The position numbers and the translations under genes are program-made. The notes beneath the pieces are model-generated. The model was given only the letters and a program-made list of their open reading frames with translations. It was not told the DNA's origin and did not search any database. From contig OU015567.1 of assembly GCA_907165135.1 (NCBI GenBank), positions 3,968,001 through 4,032,000 on the forward strand: a stretch of 64,000 nt of DNA. The letters run 5' to 3'. The first letter of the stretch is position 1. Each line of letters starts with the position of its first letter. Source of the DNA: Oikopleura dioica. Its lineage: Eukaryota; Animalia; Chordata. Below, piece after piece: positions 33,475 to 47,400 of this stretch.

Positions 33475-34555
33475 TTAGATGTTCCAATCGGGCGGGCACT
33501 CTCCAATGTTGGCCAAAAAGTATTCTTTCTTTGTAGGGTTGCAGCATTGCTTCACGGCGTCGTGATAGATTTTCCTAGAAAAAAACATAATTAACGAAGG
33601 GTAGACCCTTAGTTTGACTCACTTAGGTCCCGTAGAAGGCCCGCAGCATTTTGCATCATCATCGTGCAAATACATTTCCGTCGTCTTGTCCCCTCTTCCC
33701 ATGAAGTTGAATCCATCTCCAGCCACTCCCATCGGTCTGAAAACTGGTAACGCCAAATCAACCCGAAAAGAACAACCTCATTCGGGGCTCGCTATTGAAA
33801 GAGAGCTTTGGTTTGTGATGGCATTTTGAGAGGTCGTGATTTTCGCTGGAGAATTGAGAATCGTAAAAAGGCAGGGCTTGTTTCAGCTCTTCAGCGAACT
33901 AAAAATTTCTCTAGAATTTGAAAAAATAGGAAAATTTGGCTCAAAAATACAAAGAAAAAGAATAATTACGACAAAAATTAAGGTGAAATTTTAGACCTAT
34001 TAGATAACCGTACTCGCCCGCTAGACCAATCAGATCTCACAAAAAATCTTCCCAAAGAATCGAATTTTTTGCATTATGCCGATCTTTTTGTCTGATACCT
34101 GTTTATCACATTCGCATAAATGTCTGTTACAACTCTTCACTGGATTCATACAGTAAGGCTGATCGGACAAAAAGCCCAATTTATAGAGCGCATTTGGTCC
34201 CTCCAAATTGCACTCGCTTCCGTCCTCAATCTGCACGCATCTTTGACAGTCTTTGTAATTTTTGCACGCTTGGTCGATCGGATCGACCGCGGCACCGTGT
34301 CCTGGAGTGGCGAGGCCTTTTGGGTCGAGCAAATTGCAGTTGCATCCGTAGGACAAATACTGGTCCGCGGAGGTTTCCGGAATGTAGTACTCTAAAAGGT
34401 CGGCTAGGTTAGGATACTTAAGTTTGAAGTCGATCGCGGTAGAAGTGACGAACATCGACGAAGCCGCATCTGGTTGATGAAAAAGAGCGAGGGAAAATGT
34501 CAGCAGGTCTAAAAATGGATAAAATCTAAGTTGGAGAAGAAATCTTACCTCTCAT
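33475..34555 (-). CDS. Secreted phospholipase-A2-like protein, catalytic dyad substituted
   Basis: YGCNC, GHGAAVDPIDQACKNYKDCQRC (H/D replaced by Y/K), CNRHLCECDK, C-terminal CCG...Y...QCC module. Confidence 0.75.
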
Positions 34556-36344
34556 ATTGAAATCTCTTGACGAAAAAGCGGGAAAAGGATGCGAAATATC
34601 GGACGAAAAATGAATCGGAAAGTGAGTGAAATCGAGCCGCGCGCTCTGATTTATCATGATTTTCCAAGGTGCGCCACCTAGAGCGCATCGAGCGATTTTC
34701 GCGCGCTCGCTCTTCTGCGGATTTTTCAATGAATTAAAAATATATTTGGAATAAAAAAATGATCCATAAAATTACTAGATTCTTGACTCTAGGATTTTCT
34801 TAGGTAACAAACACACATGTTCCTAAAATTGCCGATTTAAGAAAAATGCATAATTTCTATTTTCTTCGATATTTGGCCTCTCTCTTTTAATTTTTTCAAG
34901 AAGCAACTCAAAAATAATATGCTGTTGAGTTAATTCGTGATCTAAAATATTTAACTTTTTCAAAATATGTGAAAATTAGAAGTTATTTTAATCAGGTCAC
35001 GTGTTTTCGCTGAAAATTATGCTTCGAAAGGATCTAAAAGTGGCCCGAACTTGAACATTCGCTACGCTTTGATATCGTTTTAATATCTTAGCAAAATCAT
35101 GTTTTTAAGTCAGCAGATTTGCCCCTTTTTCGAGAAAGAACCTTCGGAAAGCACGTATTGAGCTGGCTTAGATTTGATCCCGAATAAACGTTTAAACGGA
35201 TTTGCGCTCAAAAGTCCTCAAACAACAAGATTAATTCAGGGAAGAATCATCAAAAGGGCTTTTTGACTAGGTCGTAATTTCCCACCGATTTTGGAAAGAG
35301 ATGCGATCCAGAACTGACGAAAACGTGCTCTTTATCACGCCACTCTTGTTTTCGAAAAGAAGTGGCTATCTTCTTGATACCGCAGTCACTCGCCAAAAAA
35401 GGGTCTAGGATAGCAAGTGAACCAGACCGATCTTTGTATTTTTCTTTTGAAAAATTAATTTCTAAAAAAAAAATTTTTGAAAATATTTTTTGTTTTTAAT
35501 TTTTTTATTAAAAAAAAACCTCGAAAAAACAGACAAAACCAATTTTTGGAAATGAATTTTTGGATAACCAATAAGATTGCTGTATTTGGCCGACCGGCCA
35601 ATGAAAACCCTTTCCATAAAAATCTGTTCCAAAAATTTGTTCTACCCGAAAAACCCTAACCCTAACCAAAAGTTCAAATTCATTGCCCGCTTTCTCGAGC
35701 TCTAGAAAATGCAATTTAAATATTTGAATCGTGCTAATGACGAAATTAGCGAGGAGCACTTTTTCTTCCATTCATTTTGTCTGATCCTCTTACCGCGCCG
35801 ACCTCGTTCTCCACACACGTAATTACGTTTATTTGAAAAAGATAATTGACGCAGTGATGAGCCTTTTTCAGGAAGCAACGTTGAAATTAGTGCGTTATTG
35901 AATAAATTGAAAAGAAAAATTTTCTTGAAAAAAAAATGCGGTAACTTCTTTGAGTCGAAAAAAATCTGTTTTTTGAAAAAACTTCTTCAGAAAAAATATC
36001 CTTTTTTCTAAACCACATTTTGAATCAATAAAAGAGCGTGGAAAAATTGTAAATCTAAATTTAATTGAGCAAAAATGGCAATTTCCCGGTCTTCCTCGCC
36101 GCGACTATTTTGGCAAAAGTGATAAGGAATTCTAATGTCGGCTGGGAGCGACGTTTTGAGGTTCAATGAAGCTTCAAGGCTCCGCTAAAGTGACTGGCTT
36201 TTGACAAGGGCGAAATTTTAGGGAGCCGCGGAGGATTTGAATTGAGAAGGTACCGGCTTCGTTTTTTCACGTTTTGAGTTTTAAAGGGTACTATCTTCGA
36301 TTTCCTGAAAAGTCAAAGTCAATTTTATTATAAAAAGAAAGGAA

Positions 36345-37381
36345 TCAAAAGAGTTGGTTGAGCCAGTCCAAAAATCGGTAAGCCGAGTTTGTCGCTGTCG
36401 GTCGAACTGTTCTTCGAATCCAATTGTAGGTTCCCTTGAAAGCAGCAGAAGAATACACCCCGGGAAATCCTTCCGAAGCGCAGCCATTTCCCCACGAAAC
36501 CACTCCGACAAGCGACGCCCGTCCGTTTATTGCGCAAATCAGTGGCCCGCCAGAATCACCCTGGCAAGAGTCGACGCCTCCATCCGTCAAGCCATCGTCA
36601 TTGTTGTCGAGTTTTCCGGCGCATATCATTTCCGATTTGAGATCGCTTGCTCCATAGTTCGAATTTTCAATGCAGTAATCTTTCTCCATCACTGTAACGT
36701 GAGCTTGTTTGAGCTTGTTGGAGACTGTTCCAGAAGACTGAGTGTTTCCCCAACCGGCGATCCAGCAATCTGATCCTTGTTGAGGCAGATGGTCGGTAAG
36801 GCAAGCGATTTTGACGCTTTCATCGGGGTCTGAAGCGATGATGTCTCCGGAGAGTTTTACCAAGCAAACATCGTAGCGTAGATTTGAAGCTCTTTTCAAT
36901 GGTTTTTTTTTCTATTTTTTCGTACCTTACTTTTTACGATTTTGTTCAAAAACCTTTCCGATATCTTGGATGTTTGATGATTTTCGACGATCGAAGGGTA
37001 AATTCTCTAGAATCGACGGAATTCTGTGAAAGATCGCCAAAAGTAGCATCGATCGAATTCGCCCCGTCACAGCAATGAGCAGCGCTAGAAAAGTATGAAA
37101 CGAAAATCTTCGGGATTCTCTTACGTCAAAATCCAGTTATTGTCGATGATAGTCCCTCCACAGAGAGCTTGTCCTGCGTCAGTTTCAACAGTCAATCTCG
37201 TTATAAAAGGCCATTGATTGTTCTTAGCGTTGATTCCTCCGACAATTTTCGTAACATTTACTTTTGGCAAAGTCTTTCTCTCGAAGTTCAACTCGTGGCT
37301 GCATGTTTCAAGGTTCGGAAGATTGTCCAAATTTGTCCGAAAACAGGCCTGAGCCAAGCCGATGAGGAAAAATCTGATCAT
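36345..37381 (-). CDS. Trypsin-like (S1A) serine protease
   Basis: Signal MIRFFLIGLAQA, K-IVGG activation site, CGGTII, AAHC, YDVCL, DSCQGDSGGP, VSWGNGCA. Confidence 0.95.
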
Positions 37382-38384
37382 TTCGGGAGCAAATGAAAAG
37401 TACGGTGGCTTTTGTACTTCTGCGAATGTTGATCCGGAAGTGCTAAGAATCGAGACAGTAAGAGTAAAGCGACAAGATGGAATCGGAAACACAAAAAGTG
37501 ATGTTTGCTGACAACCGTAATAATTGAAAAGCTGATTTTGAAATAAATGACGAACTTAGGGAAGACAAGTTTATTGAAATCCCACTCAGAAGTGTCCAAA
37601 ACGACTCAAATCGTCTCCACAGCAAATTATTCGTATGAATGAATTTTCAATAAAAATCATTTTTGAAGTGTTACTCAATAAGTTCTACCAACTCAAATCC
37701 CCTCAAAAACCCTCTCAGCTGGCGCTCATCCCCCATTCAAGAATATTTGCTTTATAAAGTGACATTTTAATCTCTTTTGCGCAAAAACGGATTAAACCTG
37801 CTTGCCTAGACAAATTATTTTCTTAAACTTCTCAGCTAAAATTTACCACCTAGCTTTTTTTTTCTAAAATGGAACTTTTGAATGAAAAAATGCCGGTTTT
37901 TTTTCTGATGTGATAATAAAAAAGGATGCCTCTTTTGATGAAAAAGTGGAAACGGAATTTTTTGTTTTGGGAATTTTTCACTATCGGCGCTCTTGTTGAA
38001 TAACCCTTGACGATAGTTTTGTTTATAAAGCAGATGCACGTTGTTTTCAACCTCTAAAAAGGGATGATTGCTTTGATTTGGGAATTTTGAGGTTAAACGC
38101 GATCGGTGAAAAACCGGATCTGGAGCGTGTTTCTTCGACTTTTAAGAAATTGCCTTATCGCAATGAGGCAAGTGAGTGAAGAATTTAATTTCGTAGTGGC
38201 TGGATTGGATCAGCCCGAAATATGCAGAAGTGATTTTCAAGAGGCGGCGATTGCAAAGCTGGAGAACAGAGCACCGTGTCGATGCCAGTGTAAATAACAT
38301 TAACGGATCTGCTTATTTGGGACACATGCTCACTGATAGATGCGCAGTTAGAAAAATGATTTTGAAGGAATTTTATTCCACAGA

Positions 38385-40545
38385 AAATTACGTGAAGGAC
38401 CAAAGCGATCGACCGTCCGTATTTCCTGACAAGGAGATATAACGATCATTATTGGGTTTATACCAACCTTAATAAAAACTTAAATAGATAAAAATAAAGA
38501 AAAATTACCCCTCTGACTATTATCAGCAGGTCGGATTCTGTAGTAACATCTGTTGTTTTCCTATTTTTTGTTTAAGTTTTTTGATAAATATAATATTATC
38601 AATTAGAGATAAGTTAATTAGAAATATATAGCTTAAAATTTATCTTACACATCTTTCAAAGTCGAAAAACCATATGTATCCAAAATTTGCATCGCTATCG
38701 CGCCTTTTGTGATATATTCTACTTTGATTATCATCTTAAAGATAATTAAAAAAATAAGAGCTTTATGATTGCGGTACTTTTGTTTTAGGCAGCAACACAA
38801 TTTCTTGCGTTGTTACATCCGTGGGTTTCAATTATATAATGATGCTTTTCTTCTGAAGCAATAAAAGAAATAGCATGAGAGTTTGAATTCGTCACCATGT
38901 ATTTTTTGTCATAACCATCAAGACCACATTTAGCATATTTCTAAATGAAAATAATTTGTTAATAATATGTCGAATAACAAACAATACATTTGTAACTGCA
39001 GCTTTTTTTTAAACCCGATTGATGGTGACCTGCAGTTTGGCTTACCATCATGTTCCAGAAAACAAATTTTCCCATTACTACAGTCTTTTTCAAAACAAGG
39101 ATTGTCCGATTGACAAAATCGACCATATAAAAATTCTCCCTTACATAAACATTTAAATGAACTACCATCAACCTGTTATTGAGATCCATTTTGACAGTCA
39201 ATATTATGACAAGGATCATACTGACAATTTGCCCCTGAGTATCCTGATGGACATTGGCAGGTGTACGAATTTTCAGAAACTGGAGTACATGAGCCACCAT
39301 TTTCACAAGGATTAGTATCGCAGATAGAATTTTCGCAATTTATACCATAGTATCCATTTTTACAAGAACAAGAATAACCATGAGCAGTTAAGATGCAACT
39401 TCCTTCGTTTTCGCATGGATTTTCAGTGCACAAATGTGTAGAACAATCTGTCTCTGCATGATACCCTGGCCTGCAGTCACAGATATAACCAGCACCATCA
39501 ATCGAACAGATACCTCCATTGAAACACGGATGGGAGCTGCAAGGAGTTTCGCCACATTCTCTTCCAGAATAACCTTCCGGACAATCGCACTGATAAGTTC
39601 CATCTTCTATCTTGCATGTTCCCCCATGCAAACAAGGCTCGTCAGTGCATGGAGTTTCTTCACAGAAAGTACCGGAATAACCCGGTTGACAAGAGCATTC
39701 AAAACTAGCATCGATAATAATGCAAATTCCTTGATTTTGACATACAACACTTGAACATGGTCTTATCTCGCAAGTCTCGCCTGAAAATCCGGGAGGACAA
39801 GCGCAAGAAAAGTCACTTGACGGGCCATCATCGGTAAAAGTACAAATTCCGTCGTTTTCACAAGGAACTGAAGAACAAGGATTTAGTTCGCAGGTCGGCC
39901 CATCGAACCCGGGCTAGCATGAGCAGATGAAAGAACCTTCGTTAACAGTGCATTCTCCTCCATTTTTGCAAGGATTGTTAGTGCATGGAGTAATATCGCA
40001 AGTGTCGCCATCATATCCATCAGGACATCGGCAATAAAAATCATTCGATGAGCCATCCTCTTCATAATCACATATTCCTCCATTTAAACAAGGGTCATTT
40101 GAGCATGGATTTATCTCGCAATTTGTCCCAGAGAATCCGTTTCGACAAGCACAAATATATGAGCTACCAAATATGTTACAAGTTCCTCCATGTTGACAAG
40201 GTTCGTTTGAACAAGGCGTTGATTCACAGTTTAATCCGTAATAACCATCAAAGCAATGACATTGAAACAATCCGTTATTTTCGAAGCTGCAGTTTCCATA
40301 ATGACACGGATTTGATGAGCAAGGAGTTATTTCGCAATTTATCCCCGAGAAACCTCTTTGACAATTGCATTTGAATGAGCTCCCAACAACTTCGCAAACA
40401 CCATCATGATGGCAAGTCTCATTCGAACAAGGATCGTTTTTGCAAAATTCACCAAAATATCCATAAGGGCATTTACATTTAAATGAATCGCCGTTACCGG
40501 AGTTTTCGCATATATTTTTTGACCAGCTGGTTGTGATTCCGGTTC
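38385..40545 (-). pseudogene. Decayed, 5'-truncated EGF-array paralog (copy C)
   Basis: The EGF frame starts abruptly with lost Cys residues (..SWSKNICENSG-NGDSFKC). In-frame TAG at 39914-39916 (CSC*PGFDG). C-terminal exons are homologous to copy B (RCYYxIRPADNSxR). Confidence 0.65.
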
Positions 40546-40954
40546 GTCGCGGTTCATGCCCGGAAATAGGTCAAAATGTAGAAATATGTATATCAAATGA
40601 ATTCATTTTCAAGAGCGAATCTTTTTAACATATTCAGAAGTTCAACCGCCCGGTTATAATTGCGGTTCATGGTGGTTCATGGTGGTTCATGGTGGTTCAA
40701 GCGCAGAAATGAACTAAATAGCAGCAATATGTATATCAAATTGAAACTTATATTAAGTACATTCTTAAAATCATTGAATAAGCCCGAATCAGTGTAAATA
40801 ACATTAACGGATCTACTGAATATACACGCATTTTGATCGTCGAGCAGTTAGGTTTTTTCCATTAACCGCATAACATTTTATTACATATATTTTGTAATAG
40901 CGAAATCAACTGAAAAAAATAGTAGTTTATAAAAGTAATTTATATTTTAATAGA

Positions 40955-41191
40955 TTCGTTGTTTTATTCCGGGGACGCGTTTCGGCACAACAATTCGCTA
41001 TCGCGGCAGGTGAATGGAGCGCCAGAGACAGCGAATTTTTATTTTCTGTTTTCAACCAGCGTTTTCATTCGAAATTGTCCACTCTTAGTTGAGAGTACTC
41101 TTCCTTTTTCTGAGCTGCAAAATTAATTTCTGTACTAGGGAAGATGAGGGCACTTTTGTGCCGAAACGCGTTCCCGGAATAAAACAACGAA
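40955..41191. mobile_element. MITE-like inverted repeat
   Basis: 35-bp near-perfect inverted repeat at 40955-40989 / 41157-41191. Confidence 0.55.
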
Positions 41192-41524
41192 CCTTTTATT
41201 ATGAGAACTATAAGACAATTAATATTTTGACAGTCAAAAAAAGAAAAATTAAATGCCAGAAAAATACCAAAGAGCTTTGTTGTCATCATTTTCTGATAAA
41301 CGAATATCGCTTTCACCATACCAACCTTCAAAAAGAAAAATTAAAGATCAAAATTTTATCAACTATCATTCAGTAATTGTAAGCGTTGCGTGCCTAAGCC
41401 TGCAACCCGGATTTTTTGATCCCTTGTTAATTTTAAAACAGTTAAGTTTATTGTTATAAAATGAAAAAAAAAGAAATAAAAAATCCGGCCTTTTAAACTT
41501 TGGCGGGCAAGGATTAGATGTCTT

Positions 41525-44074
41525 ACTTCTCACAGAATTATCAGCTGGTCTTATGAAGTAATAGCAACGCCTCGAGTCCTATAAAATTATAATGATTAAT
41601 TTGTTGAATTTTCTACTGAAATAGGTGGAAAGTGTTATTGATATCATTTTACTTACGCAATCAGAAAGATCGAAATGCCAGATGTATTCAAAATCGGTTT
41701 CATGTAAAACATTATCAAGAATATTATGATAAACATAGCTCTCATTCTCATCTTAAATATCTTTTAATTTTAATGATAAAATAATTTTACTTTTTTTATA
41801 TGTTGCAACGCATCTATCGTCTCCACCACATCCATGAGTTTTGATGATGTACTCATGTTTGTTCTCTGTTGCAACAAAAATAACCTCATGAAAATATAAC
41901 TTCGTCATCATATAACTGTCATTATTCGAAGACCACCAGCAAACAGCATTTTTCTTAGAATTAAAATTTTGTTTGAAAAGATTTGCTCAAAACTGATACA
42001 TACCTTGGTAGCCTTATTGTAAAAGCCAATATCAGGATCAACACATTTTGCAATATCATATCTATCAAGAAAGCAAATTTTATCTCCTTCACAATTTTTT
42101 TCAAAGCAAGGATTATCAGACTGACATTCTGAACCGTACCATCCATTTTCGCAAAAACATTCACGTTTATAATCTTCAACCGAGCAAGATTGATGATGAT
42201 CATTACAAACGTAGCCTTCGCAAGGGTGGGTTCCGCAGTGATGTCCAGAAAAATCGCCCAAGCAAGTGCAAGAAAATCCTGACTGGGTTTTTGCGGGTTG
42301 ACAAGTTCCGTCGTTATCACATGGATTCGGATCACAAATATATTCTTCGCAAGTTTCTCCAGAATATCCAAGGAGACAGTCACATTGAAATTCTTTCGAT
42401 GACCCGTCTTCTGTGAATCTGCAAACTCCATCATTTTGGCAAGGATTGGAAGAACATGGTGTTGTTTCACAAGTTGGCCCTTCAAAGCCATTTTGGCAAT
42501 AACAAATAAACGAATCTCCGTTAATTGAACATTCTCCTCCATGTTTGCATGGATTGCCTGAGCAAGGTGTTTTTCTGCAAAAAGTTCCCGAAAAACCACT
42601 CGGACATGAACAAACATAGTCCGAGCCCATGATTTCGCATGTGGAATCATTTTCGCAGAGATTATTCGTGCAAGGAGTGATTTCACATCGGTTACCGTCG
42701 TAATAATCAGGACAAATGCATGTGAAAGAATTTGATGACCCATCTTCAGAAAAATACAGGTTCCACCATTTTCACAGGAATCTGTAGAGCAGGGAGTAAT
42801 ATCGCAAATGATCCCCTCAAACCCATCTTGACAAGTGCACAAGAAGGAATCTCCGCTAACAGCGCATTCTCCTCCATGTTTGCAGGGATTCTCCGTACAT
42901 GGTGTTATCTCACAAGTGTCTCCAGAAAAACCTGGCTGGCATTCGCAATTAAACATGCTCCCATCAACCTCGCAAATTCCATCATTTTCACAAGGTTCCG
43001 TAAAACAAGGATCTTCTTGGCAAAATTCTCCAGAATATCCATTTGGGCACTTACACTTGTATGAATCGCCGCTTATCAAGCATTTGCCAGAGTTTTCGCA
43101 AAGATGCTCATCGCAGGGAGTCACTTCGCAATTCGTTCCTGAATAGCCTGGACGACAATCGCATTTATAAGAGCTTTGATTGACTGAGCAAACTCCTCCA
43201 TGATAGCATGGTTGAGAAGAACACGGAGTGAATTCGCACAACTTGCCATAGTAACCTTCAGGACATTGACATTGATAAGAACTTCCATCGATTGAACAAA
43301 CACCATCATGTTCACAAATGATTCCATCACATGGGTCATACTCACAGCGTTCACCTTTGTACCCATAAGGGCATTTGCACGAAAAAGAGCTTCCATGAAT
43401 AGAACATTTTCCGCCATTTTCACATTTATCAAAGCAAGGATCGTTTTCACAATGCTCTCCAGAATAGCCATAAGGGCATCTACAGAGAAAAGAATTACCT
43501 TCTATTTTGCATTTTCCGCCATTTTTGCAAGGATTTGAGTCACAAGGGGTTATTTCACAGTTTTCTCCAGAAAAGCCAGTTTTGCAAGAACATTCATACA
43601 AATTTTCAGAATCATTTTCGCACCCACAACTTTTCAGACACTCTTTAAATTATTTATAACCTTTACTCGATAAAAAGCTTACTTTCGTATTCTCCGGCAC
43701 AAATGGATAGACAATAATCAGTCTCACATAAGGGTCGGCATGAAATAAGATCATTACGACAACGGTTATTACAATCGCTCGCCTCGCAAAAACTTTCAGA
43801 CGAGCAAGTCCCATTGAACAAGCATGGATTTTCATCGCATGGGCTGATTTTTGGTGGAGAAGTCGTGCTGGATTGAGGAGTTGTTTTCGATTGACTCTTC
43901 TCTTTTACATCCCCGTAGATAAAAGGAAATCCGATTGCAATTACAGTCAGAATAATTGTCACTAACGAAGTCAATATAAAAAAAAACTTCACGAAATTTC
44001 AATTCTATCTTGAATATTTTTGTCTCTGCCTTTTTACCTGTAGTGAAAGAAATCGCAAGTTTTTGGTGCTTCAT
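41525..44074 (-). CDS. N-terminally anchored EGF-array protein (copy B), with an apparent 1-bp frameshift
   Basis: MKHQKLAISFTT, hydrophobic LVTIILTVIAIGFPFIY, more than 20 EGF repeats in one long exon. The frame changes at the A5 run 42750-42754. The 3' end may extend further. Confidence 0.8.
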
Positions 44075-44493
44075 TTCAAGAAAAATTCTTCTTTTTCATA
44101 GCAGTGTAATCTAAGAGAAAACGGAAGTTTTGGATTGAGTTCTTTGAGTTCTATTTGTGAACTCATTTCATTTCATAAACAAGATAAGAATATATCTTGA
44201 CTTTTGTTGACATATCTTCAAGAAGAAGACAACGACATGAGCTGCAAAATGTTTTATCGAGATGAAGAACCGTTATCAAAATTATTGTCTCTCGATCTCT
44301 GACAAACTGTTTGGTTAACAAGACTCTGCTCAAAACTAGAATTTTCCAGATTTGGATGCCCGTGCTAGACTGAGATGATGACGCGAATGATTGTTGGGAA
44401 CAATTTAATTCGATTTAAATTATTTACAGAGAGAAAGGGCAAAAATGATCAAAAGATTGATTCAAAAATACAGTATTTTAAATACTGTATGTA

Positions 44494-47400
44494 TTATCCA
44501 TTATTACAATTTTTCTCATTGCATAAAGCTCCACAGTGGCCCGGATTGCATGTGCATGTGAACTCTCCGTTATCTTTAACGTCGCACTGGCCATTACCCT
44601 TGGCTTCACATTTAGTGGGACTCTTATTGTCGCATGGAGTAATTTCGCAAAAATCACCAGCAAAATAATCCAGACACTCGCATTCATACGTACTTCCAGT
44701 TATTTGACAGTCAGCACCGTACAGACATTTATTTTCAGAACAAGGTGTTAAGTCGCAAGTGTCTCCAGAATATCCTTCTGGACAAGAACAAGTGAAGCCA
44801 TCGCCACCGAGAACGCAGGTGGCTCCATTAAGGCAGTTGTGATCATCGCATGGTGTTTTTTCGCAATTTTCCCCCGAGTATCCATTTTTACAAGTGCATT
44901 GATAATTTGGGGATGAGCCATCTTCTGAATAATGGCATGTCCCGCCATATTGACATGGTCCTGGAGAACAAGGGGTTTGATAACATTCGTTTCCGGAAAA
45001 CCCATCTTTGCACTCGCAATGATATTTTCCGTCTTGAATTGTGCAAATTCCCCCGTGATCACAAGGCTCGCCTGTGCATGGAGATATTTGACAAAATTGT
45101 CCAGAAAATGGATCAGCACAATCGCATCGATATCCCGAACCGACATCTGTACACGTAAAGTCATTCTTGCAATCATTATTTGAGCAAGGAGTTATTTCAC
45201 AATGGACGCCTGAATATCCCTCGAGACAGTCGCATTCATAAAAATTAGCAGATCGGTCATCTAATACTCGACATGATCCACCATTTTCACAGGTGATATC
45301 GTCACAAGAAGTTTCTTCACAAAATTCACCAGAGTAGCCATCAAGGCAAATGCATTCAAAGTTGCTTGATAATCCCTTTTCGTCGAACTGACATGTTCCG
45401 CCATTATCACAAGTGATGTCTTCACAGGGAGTTTTTTCACAAAACTGACCATCAAATCCGCTCATACAGGCGCATATAAAGGTGCTACCAGTGACGGAGC
45501 AACTTCCTCCGTGTAAACAATCGACAGAAGAACAAGGTGTTTTCTCGCAATGCTCCCCATAATAGCCATCAGGGCAAGCGCAGTTGTACGTTCCGTTATT
45601 GAAGAAAAAACAAGTTCCTTCGTGAAAACATGGACTTGTTGTGCAAGGTGTCGTTTCGCAGTTGTCGCCGGTGAATCCCGTATTACAATTACAAGTATAA
45701 CTCGGAAGATCAACGATGCAACTCCCGTGATTGTTACAAAGTTTGCGGTCTCCTTCATGACAAGGGTCATTTTCGCAAAAATTTCCAGAATAGCCAGGGT
45801 CGCAAATGCACTTATTTTCATTTCCAACGATTTCACAATGGCCATTTTCGCAAATGTCGGGTTTTCTACAGCCAGTAATTTGACAATGCTCGCCAGTTAA
45901 ACCAACTGGACACTCACACTGATATGATCCTTCAGGCGGCAGTTGACATTCTCCTCCATTTTCACAGGGATTGGTATCACATGGTGTTATTTGACAAAGA
46001 TCTCCATCGTATCCATCAAGACAAACACAACTGAATAAGTCACCATCAACCGTGCAAGATCCTCCATTAGCGCACGGACTTTGTGTACAAGGCGTTATTT
46101 GACAATCATCGCCGAAGAATCCGCTATCACATTGACATTCATAACTGTGTTCTTTAACAAGACATACTCCATGACCATTGCAATCGTTTTCCACTCCGTC
46201 TTTGTGACAGGGATCATGCTCACAATCTTTCCCGGTAAATCTGTTTCTGCAAGTGCAATAATATTCGTTTTCGCCGTCGGCAGAACAGGTTCCATTATTT
46301 CCACAGGGCTCATCCTTGCATGGATCAAAAGACTCAAAAGTGAAAGATACTGAAAATGGCCGAGTTTAATTGGAATAATAATTTCGTGATTTATATAATT
46401 TTAGAGCGATAGATAAATTATATTTGTGCGTTGTAATTTCAAGATTTTTTTTGTTGATTCAAATTTTATTTAGCGAACATCAGCCATTTTCAGTACCTTG
46501 GCGGAAGTTGTAGTTGGACTCGTCGTTGTTATCGATGAAGTTGTCGCAGCAGTTGTCTTAATCGAAGTAGTAAGCGTGGTTAAAGTGATTGTTGTTGTTG
46601 TAGATAGCGTCATTGTTGGCGTTGTTGATGTTGTTGTGCTTATTGTTGTTTTGGATTGCGTCGTTGTTTGGGTTGTTGATATTGTTGTGCTTGTTGTTGT
46701 AGTGATTGTTGTTGTTATCATCATGTTCGTCGTTGTAGAAGTTCTCGTTGAAGTTGCCTTGGTGGTGGTCGCTGTCATTCTTGTTGTTGTTGTAATAATT
46801 GCAGAAAGAGTTGTACTTATTATTGGTCTTGTAAAAGTCGTTTTTATTGCAATCGATGTTGTCGTTGATCTCGTGCTTGGAGCGATAGTTGAAATTGAAG
46901 AAAAAGTTGTTGCTAGAGACAACGTTGTTATTTTAGTCGTAGTTGTTGACGTTGTTGTGGTTATCATAATTGTCGATGTCGACGACACAGATGTAGTTGT
47001 TATTGAGGGAGATGTTGCTTGTGTTGTTGAATCTGGGGTTATTGATGTACTGGTGAGTGAATTTGTCGGAGTTACTGAAAATCTTTTATGATTTCAGTAA
47101 AAATTAAAGGTTGACCTGGGCTTTTCGTTGTTGATGTCGAAGATATTGATGAAACAGTAGAAATTGTCGGTAAAGTAGAAGAAGATAAAGCTGTTGTCGA
47201 TATTGTCGAATGAGCAGAAGATGAAGATGTTGAATGTGCTGAAGTTGACAGCGTATTTGTCAAAATTGTTGAAGAGGTCGTTGTTATTGTTGACGGATTT
47301 AACGGACTTGACGTGCTTGTGGTTGAAAGCGATTTTGAAGTTCTACTCGTTGTTGAAAAAGACGAAGTAGGGCTATTTGCTTCTATTGTACTTGTTGAAA

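Noticed and set aside
46498-47091. 197-aa Val-rich + strand ORF
   Set aside because: It is the antisense shadow of the Thr-rich (ACA/ACT) mucin exon of EGF copy A.
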